DNA from: Dehalococcoidales bacterium
Lineage (GTDB): Bacteria; Chloroflexota; Dehalococcoidia; Dehalococcoidales; E44-bin46
Direction: 5' to 3'
Assembly (NCBI GenBank): GCA_036481135.1
Contig: JAZGHN010000045.1
Location: 1 to 38,675 of the forward strand
DNA: 38,675 nucleotides
Shown: piece by piece, positions 7,619 to 14,806 of the stretch
How the letters are laid out: each line of letters begins with the position of its first letter
How positions within the stretch are numbered: the stretch's first letter is position 1
Translations under genes and position numbers: made by a program
Notes under the pieces: model-generated
The model's input: the letters and a program-made list of their open reading frames with translations, nothing else
What the model was told of the DNA's origin: nothing
Database searches by the model: none

Positions 7619-9325
7619 TTATAAGACCAGGTTCAATATCCCGCCTACTATCAAAGCAGCTGTAATCATTATTCCTACCGACTTGAGCATATTTGTAACC
7701 TTAAGCTCCCTGAGCAGAACAACAAAAGTAGCAATACAGGGGAAAAACGTAGATAAAACCACGCTGCCAATGATTAGTTGCTTGGTGGTTAGTGCTAGCG
7801 GGGCCAGCATACCCAGGGCTACATCCTTACGCAGGAAACCAATAGCTATAGCCGTTACTGCTTCCTTGGGTAGTCCCAGAATGCTGGTCACTACTGGCGC
7901 GGCAAAATTGACAACAGCATTGAATATACCAAAGGCGTAAAGGATATTTATTACCGCCACAGCGCCCAGAATTATAGGAATAGCCTCCCTTAAGAAGCCA
8001 CGGATTCTCATCCACAGTTTTCTTAAGACTGCTCGCCGTGATGGCAGGCGGTATGGCGGTATTTCTATGAGCAGCTCTGGACTGAATCCCTTGACAACGC
8101 GATTAAGTATAACGCCTAGGGTGAGCCAGACGGCGAATAGTGTTCCGTAGACAATAGCCACATACTGCCCCCCGCGTGCCCCGACTAATCCGAAAATCAT
8201 CGCCTGCGAGGCGGCGCAGGGTATGGCAATGGATATCAGTGTCGCTGCGATAAACCGCTCCCTTTTGCTTTCCAGAATGCGGGTAGCTAGAATAGCGGGC
8301 ACATTGCAGCCAAGCCCCAGCATGGTAGGGATGATGGCATAGCCGTGCAAGCCCAGGCGGTGCATAATGGTGTCCATCAGGACTGCCAGCCGTGGCAGGT
8401 AGCCTGTGTCCTCCAACAGCCCCAGTACTAGGTAGAAGGGGATGATGTAAGGTAGGACTACGGCGAAAGGGATATAGAGTCCGGTGGTCAGTAGCCCAAA
8501 TGATTCAATAAAATTTACCTCCCCGCTGGTTACCTTGCCTATCAGGATGTGGTGGGGAAGGCTGCCCTCTCCCAGAGAACCGCTTAGTCTCAGTATGATC
8601 GGTGCCCACAGTCTGTTAAACAGGGGGTCGAGCACGTAGTTAATCAAGCCTTCACCGATGGCACGAATTGCCAGAAAGGAGCCAGCCAGAACCCCTATAG
8701 CCAGAGCTGTGCCGCCCAGCGGCTTGGCGCTGGCATCCGCTATACGTTCCAGCCGGGTATGATGGCGGTGGGTAATATGCTGAACCTGGTCTGTGATATT
8801 GCCAATAGCGGCCCAGCGCTCCTCACGACTATGGGGAGGAATATCAGGCGAGGTTGCCTGGGAGATACTTTCTACCAGCTCTTTTATCCCCTGGCCGGTT
8901 GTAGCTACAGTAGGAATGATCGGCACTCCCAGGAGTTGCCTTAGTTTGTCCACATCAATATGTATTCCGCGATGTTTGGTATCATCCCACATATTTAGGG
9001 CGACTACTACCGGGATTTTTCTTTCCAATAGCTGCAGGGTTAAATAAAGGTTTCTCTCCAGGTTGGTGGCATTCACCACATTTATGACTATATCTCCGCT
9101 GTCGAGCATCCGTAGAGCTACTTCCTCAGCTTCAGTGGTTGGTTCCAGGGTATAGGTGCCGGGGACATCGATAACCTCAACCCTCTTATCTCCCAGTTTC
9201 ATAGAACCCTGAGTGTAGCCCACTGTGGTCCCTGGATAGTTGGAGACAATCACATGGACCTCGGTGAGACGGGAGAAAACGACGCTCTTCCCCACATTGG
9301 GGTTGCCCATCAACAGTATCTTCAT
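7619..9325 (-). CDS. feoB: ferrous iron transporter FeoB (N-terminal GTPase plus permease)
   Basis: 568 aa with G1 GNPNVGKS, G3 DVPGTY, NMWD (G4-like), then a polytopic gate-domain region. It directly follows feoA. Confidence 0.9.
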   Translation of the reverse strand: MKILLMGNPNVGKSVVFSRLTEVHVIVSNYPGTTVGYTQGSMKLGDKRVEVIDVPGTYTLEPTTEAEEVALRMLDSGDIVINVVNATNLERNLYLTLQLLERKIPVVVALNMWDDTKHRGIHIDVDKLRQLLGVPIIPTVATTGQGIKELVESISQATSPDIPPHSREERWAAIGNITDQVQHITHRHHTRLERIADASAKPLGGTALAIGVLAGSFLAIRAIGEGLINYVLDPLFNRLWAPIILRLSGSLGEGSLPHHILIGKVTSGEVNFIESFGLLTTGLYIPFAVVLPYIIPFYLVLGLLEDTGYLPRLAVLMDTIMHRLGLHGYAIIPTMLGLGCNVPAILATRILESKRERFIAATLISIAIPCAASQAMIFGLVGARGGQYVAIVYGTLFAVWLTLGVILNRVVKGFSPELLIEIPPYRLPSRRAVLRKLWMRIRGFLREAIPIILGAVAVINILYAFGIFNAVVNFAAPVVTSILGLPKEAVTAIAIGFLRKDVALGMLAPLALTTKQLIIGSVVLSTFFPCIATFVVLLRELKVTNMLKSVGIMITAALIVGGILNLVL

Positions 9326-9332
9326 CTGCTAC

Positions 9333-9575
9333 CTAAACCAGCTCAACTATTATCTTGTTAGCCATGCCAAAGCCGATGGCTACCTGAGCATTACCTACTT
9401 TGATGGTGACCGGTCCTCGCATAAGTGTAGAGCCGGTCTTAATTATCTTCTGCCCAGGTCTGATTCCTAAAGCATTAAGGCGATTAATCAGGCCATGCCC
9501 CCCTTGAATTTGAAACACTATGCCGCTCTGTCCAGGCTGCATTTGGCGCAGAGTTATTTGCTTTCGCTTAGGCAT
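9333..9575 (-). CDS. feoA: FeoA family iron transport protein
   Basis: 80 aa small SH3-like protein (LRQMQPGQSG.I..I..G......L.ALGIRPGQKI), positioned 7 nt upstream of feoB. Confidence 0.85.
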   Translation of the reverse strand: MPKRKQITLRQMQPGQSGIVFQIQGGHGLINRLNALGIRPGQKIIKTGSTLMRGPVTIKVGNAQVAIGFGMANKIIVELV

Positions 9576-9612
9576 AAATCACCCCTTTTAGTCCTTTCAA
9601 TAAGAGCACTCC

Positions 9613-9641
9613 ATATAAGTACAAATGCTTGTCATTTGTAA
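9613..9641 (-). promoter_or_regulatory. putative feoAB promoter with embedded 19-bp palindrome (Fur-box-like operator)
   Basis: The minus strand reads TTACAA (9641-9636), a 17-nt spacer, then TTATAT (9618-9613). The palindrome ACAAATG-cttgt-CATTTGT at 9621-9639 fills the spacer and part of the -35. Confidence 0.45.
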
Positions 9642-9656
9642 TGAAGAGCTGAAAAA

Positions 9657-10088
9657 TCACTTCTTCTTTTGGCGGCACTCGGAGCAATAGCCGGTCATCC
9701 GAACCTCAGCGCCAGTGACTTCAAAGCCCTTCTCGCGGCCGATATTCTCTTTCATCTTCGGACTCACCAAACACTCAAACTCGACAACTTTACCGCACCC
9801 CAGGCATACCAGGTGATGATGCTCGGCGGATGTTTTCACCTCATAGTGATGGTGGGTCTCATCAAAGTGAAGCTCCTCTATTAGACCTAGCTCCTTAAGC
9901 CTCCGCAGCGTTCGATAAACAGTGGATAAGCTAAGGCGAGCTTGCTTCTTCTTGGCTTGGCGATAGATTTCATCGGCATCTAGGTGTCTCCGGCGAATGA
10001 TTTCCAGAATTAAAGCCCGCTGGCGGGTCATTCTTGCCCCGGCCAAATTTAGCCCTTTGTGGTTAGTGTCTAAAGTTTGTCCTTTCAT
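9657..10088 (-). CDS. fur: Fur family transcriptional regulator
   Basis: N-terminal winged helix (LSLSTVYRTLRRLKELGLI), metal sites HHHYEV..HHHLVCLGCGKVVEF and CSECRQ (two CxxC pairs). The ATG at 10088 has an AAGGA Shine-Dalgarno, whereas the track start at 10124 is a TTG inside the promoter/operator. The choice between Fur, Zur and PerR rests only on feoAB linkage. Confidence 0.8.
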   Translation of the reverse strand: MKGQTLDTNHKGLNLAGARMTRQRALILEIIRRRHLDADEIYRQAKKKQARLSLSTVYRTLRRLKELGLIEELHFDETHHHYEVKTSAEHHHLVCLGCGKVVEFECLVSPKMKENIGREKGFEVTGAEVRMTGYCSECRQKKK

Positions 10089-10100
10089 CGCCCTGTCCTT

Positions 10101-10125
10101 ATTGCTAATGCTAATTAGTAGCAAT
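10101..10125. promoter_or_regulatory. Fur-box-like operator at the fur transcription start region
   Basis: GCTAAT GCTAAT T AGTAGC at 10104-10122 has the 6-6-1-6 (F-F-x-R) layout of the classical Fur box GATAATGATAATCATTATC, with 14/19 matches by hand count. It is flanked by 7-bp inverted arms ATTGCTA and TAGCAAT. Confidence 0.5.
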
Positions 10126-10127
10126 AA

Positions 10128-10157
10128 ATTCTAGCACGTTTGATGTCTCGCTGTCAA
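10128..10157 (-). promoter_or_regulatory. sigma70-type promoter of fur
   Basis: The minus strand reads TTGACA (10157-10152), an 18-nt spacer, then TAGAAT (10133-10128). The operator above begins 2-3 nt downstream of the -10. Confidence 0.6.
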
Positions 10158-10286
10158 TGCCTAGTGTGGGGGTTTTTGGAGGGGGAATCGAGGTATTCTG
10201 TGGGCTAGAAGTTTGAGACTTCCAATTGCTTTTTTATTTCAGGAATAGCACGCCGGGCGACTCGTTGACCCCTGAGGATGCACTCC

Positions 10287-11888
10287 TTACTCCCACAGCT
10301 CTTCGATATCCTTTTCCGCCTGTTCGCTGGGGATAAAGTCCTTGTAGGACGCAGCCGAGCCGTATTCCCGAGGCTGGAATGCCACTGGCATGGGCACAGC
10401 GTGGCCAAAGATGAGTGCCTGTTGTTTTGATGCCAGCTTGGCTAACACAGATTTGAGTTCATTCTTACCCGATATACCAGCCAGCACACTATCAATATCA
10501 CGGTTGTTGTCTAAGAAAAAGGTTGTCTTGGTTCCGATTTGGGACATAACCTCGTCATCAATGCCGCTGGGTCTCTGGTCAATTACCAGCAGGGTAACAT
10601 TATATTTGCGCATCTCACGAGCAATAACGCCGAAGATGGTCTGGGTGGCCACCTCCGGATTAAGGAATTTATGTGCTTCCTCAATAGTTATCACCAGAGG
10701 ACGTGGTGGAGCTGTATCCTCCCCCTGCGCTTTCTCCGTTCTCTCCCGATATTGGTTGTGGATACGCCGGGTAAGCAGGTTGGCTACCAGAATATAAGCG
10801 GTAATATCAGTATATCTACCAAATTCCAGGACTACATTTATCCCCTGGTCAAGGTATTCCAGAATGTGCCTTACCGGATTATCAGGGACATGGGGTTCGA
10901 GGAAGGGGAGTCGCCTGATAGTGGCTAGTCCTCGTTGTAGGTTTTGGAAGGTGCTTTCATGTATATTCAGTTCTTTTAATAGTTCCCTAGTCTCATCCGA
11001 ATCCTTGAGTTCTGACACTTCCTGCAACCAATTTCTGCCAAACCTGCGGCGCATCTGATAGACAGCTTCAACGGCGGGCTCAGTAAGGTTTAATGTCTGG
11101 CGAAGTAATACCATATCTTCAGCCTCTATCTCGTCATAGCCAATCCTGACCACAAAATCGGTGCTTACCCGCCGGCGCCTTGAGTTTTCTTCATCAAGGG
11201 TAAACACCGCTACCTTTGATGAGAAAAGCTGCTTTAGGGCTTTAACCTTCTGACCTTCTTCGTTCCTAGCTTCCCAGCCATACTCACTGTGCATATCAAA
11301 GATTAGGTTTACTGCTTTACTCTTCTGTAGCATGCCAATAAGCAGCAGCCTGGTGAAAAAGGTCTTCCCTGTGCCACTCTTGCCAAATATGCCGTTTGAC
11401 CGTTTGACCAATTCTGGCAGGTCAAGGCAAAGCTTGGTCTCCATATCTAGCGGTGTTCCAATATAGAACCGTTTTTCATCTTCGCTGCCAAAGACCAACT
11501 CTATGTCTTGGTCTGAGGCCAGATTTACTGGGGAGAAGTGGGTAGGCACTGTCTTGACTGGCTGTGGCCCCTCAATCAGGCTGGTAGCATCACCGCCGAT
11601 AGTGAGATATGGGGAGACATGAAGTGTTCCGTAGGTACTGGTTCCGGCTAATACCTCAGCGGTAAAAGGGTCGGAGACATCAGGCGGAGTAACAGTGAGC
11701 TTCTGGTCTACCACCCCCAGGTTGACATCGCTTATCATGCCGAAGAAGCGCCGCTTTTCCCCTTCAATGGTTACATAGCGCCCCACCGCCATATCCTCGA
11801 CTGAAGCCGAGCTATCCAGCCTCACCTCTACCCCTTTGTTTAATGAACCCGAGGTAACAATACCCAGCCTTTTGGTCTCTTCGGTCAT
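10287..11888 (-). CDS. HerA/FtsK-superfamily (DUF87-type) hexameric ATPase with N-terminal HAS-barrel
   Basis: 533 aa. The N-terminal barrel pattern is RLGIV...VGRYVTIEG...FFGMISDV. Walker A is GKSGTGKTFF and Walker B is LVITIEEAHKF. The downstream LLVIDQRPSGIDDEVMSQIGT is typical of HerA-type ATPases. It shares an ATGA start/stop overlap with the upstream gene. Confidence 0.8.
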   Translation of the reverse strand: MTEETKRLGIVTSGSLNKGVEVRLDSSASVEDMAVGRYVTIEGEKRRFFGMISDVNLGVVDQKLTVTPPDVSDPFTAEVLAGTSTYGTLHVSPYLTIGGDATSLIEGPQPVKTVPTHFSPVNLASDQDIELVFGSEDEKRFYIGTPLDMETKLCLDLPELVKRSNGIFGKSGTGKTFFTRLLLIGMLQKSKAVNLIFDMHSEYGWEARNEEGQKVKALKQLFSSKVAVFTLDEENSRRRRVSTDFVVRIGYDEIEAEDMVLLRQTLNLTEPAVEAVYQMRRRFGRNWLQEVSELKDSDETRELLKELNIHESTFQNLQRGLATIRRLPFLEPHVPDNPVRHILEYLDQGINVVLEFGRYTDITAYILVANLLTRRIHNQYRERTEKAQGEDTAPPRPLVITIEEAHKFLNPEVATQTIFGVIAREMRKYNVTLLVIDQRPSGIDDEVMSQIGTKTTFFLDNNRDIDSVLAGISGKNELKSVLAKLASKQQALIFGHAVPMPVAFQPREYGSAASYKDFIPSEQAEKDIEELWE

Positions 11889-12478
11889 GTTTTAATCCTT
11901 TCCAGAATGGCTTTGAGCTGATTGAAATTGCCACTGAGCGATATGGCTAACTCCTTGCCCGCGGTCACTAAAAAAGCGCGGTGGTCTTCATATACCTCGC
12001 TCATCTGGCGCAGCGAGGCAGCAATAAGCTCCTCGGGAGAGACAGGCAGGCGAGTGTTAATCAATATATTGAGGAAGCTGAAAGACTGGCTGAACTCTTT
12101 CACTTCTTGGGGGGAGCAGAGGTAAACAAAGCCGTGGATTCGGGCTGGCTTGGGTGGTAGATAGTGATGCAATGTATCACCCTGCCTGTGCCCCACCACC
12201 ACCGCCCCGAATTCGCTTTTAAGCAGCTTCAAAAGCTGTGGGCTTGCCTGATAGATGCCTTCCTCAGTGGTCTCATCCTTGCCTCTGGCAATGGGGCGCC
12301 GACCAGGCTCAAGACTGGTGGTAGTGGCGTTATAGACGATGCCATATAACTCCACATCCGAATCTCTGGTCTTTACCAGGCTGCCTAAAGGCGGCGACTG
12401 ATAAAGCTCATAGCACTGCGCCACGAAGTCGGTGGTGCTGGCTTCAATAACCTCGCCTACTCTCTGTGTTTCGCCCAT
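11885..12478 (-). CDS. stand-alone HAS-barrel-like protein (resembles a detached HerA N-terminal domain) with helical tail
   Basis: 197 aa. RVGEVIEASTTDFVAQ...LGSLVKT....ELYGIVYN and later PPKPARIHGFVYLCSPQEVKEF align by eye with the N-terminal about 130 aa of the adjacent ATPase (RLGIVTSGS...VGRYVTIEG..FFGMISDV ... PTHFSPVNLASDQDIELVF). It has no Walker motifs. Confidence 0.55.
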   Translation of the reverse strand: MGETQRVGEVIEASTTDFVAQCYELYQSPPLGSLVKTRDSDVELYGIVYNATTTSLEPGRRPIARGKDETTEEGIYQASPQLLKLLKSEFGAVVVGHRQGDTLHHYLPPKPARIHGFVYLCSPQEVKEFSQSFSFLNILINTRLPVSPEELIAASLRQMSEVYEDHRAFLVTAGKELAISLSGNFNQLKAILERIKT

Positions 12479-12496
12479 CCTTTATGCCTCCCGGTG

Positions 12497-13315
12497 TCAA
12501 AATTCAATGAACCAGCCTTCAATCTCATCATAAAATTTCCATCCCTCCTCGCTGGAACAGTCAATAAACATCCTCCATTCCTCATCTTCATCCTCAACCG
12601 CAACTATAACATGATTGGGGTACTGAGGGTCAGTAGGGTTGTCAATATCTATATAAACGAAGCTGAGCTTGTAGGGATATGGTGTCGCCTTAAGTAGAGT
12701 GGCGAGAAGTATGGTTAAATCTTCACAATCACCCTCGCCCTCGGTAAGCGTCTCTATCGGCCAGCGGGGAACTTCCCCGATATCTTTGGAGTATACTGTT
12801 AGCTGACTCACCATATTGAATGCTTCTTGAACAAATTCTCGCCCACCACTGGACTGCTGGTAAAAGCTGGGAATAACCTCGGTAAATTCGTCCGGGTGGA
12901 CATAGGGCCTGTAGTCAAACACGGTGCAAATACCGTCGTTACACTGGAGTGAGACGGTCTTATTAGGCTTGGGGGTATTGCTCCAGCTGCGGTAGCTCTC
13001 CAGGGGCAGCACCCACTTGCGCAAATTGCCGTCCATATCCTTCCATACCCATGCTATATTCCCCTCTGAAATAGAAGTATAGGGCACTGTCAGGGATTGC
13101 TCCGATTCAGCCGAAGTAGCGGGCTGCTCAGTCCATACCTTACCGTATCTGCTTTCCAGTTCACTATAGTTATCTAGGAGACGACCATATTGCTCTGTTA
13201 GGGAGGCAAGCGCATGCTCTAACTGGCTAACCTTGTTGTATTGCCATCCCAGAAGAGCCAGTGCAACCGAAAGCAGAATTATTGTAATCAGAAGTGTTCT
13301 GTTCCACCTAACCAT
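12497..13315 (-). CDS. membrane-anchored transglutaminase-like (papain-fold Cys-His-Asp) domain protein
   Basis: 272 aa. It has an N-terminal basic stretch plus one TM helix (RTLLITIILLSVALALLGW), then a heptad-like segment. The C-terminal GEGDCEDLTILLATLLKA ... NHVIVAV ... FIDCS matches the transglutaminase-core pattern G.GvCeDfa.L...LLRa / H.w.ev / D. An 18-nt gap separates it from the next gene. Confidence 0.6.
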   Translation of the reverse strand: MVRWNRTLLITIILLSVALALLGWQYNKVSQLEHALASLTEQYGRLLDNYSELESRYGKVWTEQPATSAESEQSLTVPYTSISEGNIAWVWKDMDGNLRKWVLPLESYRSWSNTPKPNKTVSLQCNDGICTVFDYRPYVHPDEFTEVIPSFYQQSSGGREFVQEAFNMVSQLTVYSKDIGEVPRWPIETLTEGEGDCEDLTILLATLLKATPYPYKLSFVYIDIDNPTDPQYPNHVIVAVEDEDEEWRMFIDCSSEEGWKFYDEIEGWFIEF

Positions 13316-13334
13316 GCTTTACCTATTCGGTTTT

Positions 13335-13403
13335 CTATTTCTTCTTCTTTTTATCCTTGCTCTGCTTGGGCTTCTTTATGTTCTTCCTTCCTTTAGTTCC
13401 CAT
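13335..13403 (-). CDS. candidate 22-aa poly-lysine micro-ORF (MGTKGRKNIKKPKQSKDKKKKK)
   Basis: Not in the ORF track because it is too short. GGAGG lies at 13414-13410, 6 nt before the ATG at 13403, and TAG is at 13337-13335. The ORF ends 19 nt before the transglutaminase-like gene's ATG. 13 of 22 residues are K or R. I have no homology evidence. Confidence 0.35.
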   Translation of the reverse strand: MGTKGRKNIKKPKQSKDKKKKK

Positions 13404-13498
13404 CTCTTTCCTCCTTTAAATAAACTACTTTGCTCTTTCTATCCTTACTTAACCTCTCTAAGTTATACATTATATATAATAAGGAAGCTTGAAGGGGT

Positions 13499-14695
13499 TT
13501 ATATCCACCTTGTTCTTTTGCTCCTGCTCTTGGCTGAGCCGATACTGGGCAGGTGTTCCTCCACCATAGACGACTCCACTAATTGCCAGAAGTTCTCCCT
13601 ATCGGCTCCAGTTACCACCGCCTGTTCATGGGCTTCGCTTAGGGCTACCGGGTATCCCTGTCCCCGCTGGCACTGGTCTAAAACCAGGGTGTGGACCAGA
13701 TTGAGCAGGCTATCATCGGTTGCCACCCACTGGGGAATCTCAACCCTGGCTACCTCATCATCAACCCTCAGGTAGAAGAAATAGACCCGATGCCCTCCGT
13801 AGCGCTTCTGGATTTTAGACTGGCTGATAAACAGGGCTGATCTTTCCCTCTCGCTTAGTAGATTGAGGAACAGCTCCCTGTCCTGAACACCGGCTACCGC
13901 ATCGCAGTCGCTTTTCCCGCAGGTTTTGCAATGGAGGTCGGTATCAACAATATCTTGGGGGCAGAGGGCTACCCGCAGGGCATTAATTACATCGGTGCTG
14001 CGGGGGAAGCTGATATAGCTGGCAAGGGCGAGCTTCTTATCGCTATTAACCTTTCTCATATTATCAAGACAGCTGAGAAAGCCTTTATTCAGCAGGGCTT
14101 CAGCGACAAATTCGGGGTAAGCCTCTAGACCCCAGAGAATAAGTGAACCGTCAAGCAGGGCCACACTTGAGCCGCCCGGCGGCAGCTCCGAGGCTAGTTT
14201 GGCTAACTGGCAGCACTCGTCTACGCTGCGCTTTACTCCCAGAAGGGTGCCCTCTATGGGTTGCTCACGACCTTTAGCCTCAGTTGAGGCGATAACCAGC
14301 TCTTCATCTTCGGAATAGAGACAGGGGAAACTATCCAGGGTGGCACTGGGGGAGTCACCGTAGTGGAGAACGACCGAGCCTATATTTATGAGATAGCACC
14401 TTGTTGACCGATGTCGGTCGACGTCGATGTGAGAGCCATCGGTAGCCAGGACGGTGAACTCTGCGGGGGCGGGCGGTGGTTTGTGATGCTGGTCAAGCCC
14501 ATCCACCAAACCAGCCACCAGCCAGGTGGTCCTGCTGGTGGCAATCTTCTTTTGTAAGTCTTTGAAGTTGGAAGCCTGACTGTGAATGACATCCAGAGCA
14601 GTCTGGAGGCGTTTCTGCCTCTCCTCGCTGCCAGCCTTCAGTCTGGCTAGCATATTTCCCACCTGTGCCACAACCCTGGTTAAATTTAACGACAT
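13499..14695 (-). CDS. NurA-domain nuclease-like protein
   Basis: The motifs VLATDGSHIDVDRH and VALLDGSLILWGLE match the acidic catalytic motifs of the NurA (RNase H-like) fold. The N-terminal about 70 aa is helical. The ATG at 14695 is preceded by TATAAT (14719-14714) and AAGAGGG, whereas the track start at 14743 is a TTG. Confidence 0.7.
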   Translation of the reverse strand: MSLNLTRVVAQVGNMLARLKAGSEERQKRLQTALDVIHSQASNFKDLQKKIATSRTTWLVAGLVDGLDQHHKPPPAPAEFTVLATDGSHIDVDRHRSTRCYLINIGSVVLHYGDSPSATLDSFPCLYSEDEELVIASTEAKGREQPIEGTLLGVKRSVDECCQLAKLASELPPGGSSVALLDGSLILWGLEAYPEFVAEALLNKGFLSCLDNMRKVNSDKKLALASYISFPRSTDVINALRVALCPQDIVDTDLHCKTCGKSDCDAVAGVQDRELFLNLLSERERSALFISQSKIQKRYGGHRVYFFYLRVDDEVARVEIPQWVATDDSLLNLVHTLVLDQCQRGQGYPVALSEAHEQAVVTGADRENFWQLVESSMVEEHLPSIGSAKSRSKRTRWI

Positions 14696-14806
14696 CCCTC
14701 TTACTCTTGCTTCATTATAATTAATTAAAACCGATGAACACAAGCGGTGCTCTGCTTGGTAAACAACCTTGGTCGGGTTAGAGATAGCGAGGTCAGATGT
14801 GCTACA

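Noticed and set aside
10158-10286. Terminator after the herA-like gene (G5T5 and C-rich runs, small GAAGT/ACTTC stem)
   Set aside because: GGGGGTTTTTGGAGGGGG is not self-complementary, and the only stems are 4-5 bp without a U-tract. I can support no terminator here.
10287-14743. Canonical archaeal-type herA-mre11-rad50-nurA end-resection operon, or a mobile defence island
   Set aside because: No Mre11-type (phosphoesterase) or Rad50-type (SMC-like ABC) genes are present. No integrase, transposase, tRNA attachment site or obvious compositional break flanks the cluster. I therefore leave the functional class, repair or defence, open rather than asserting one.
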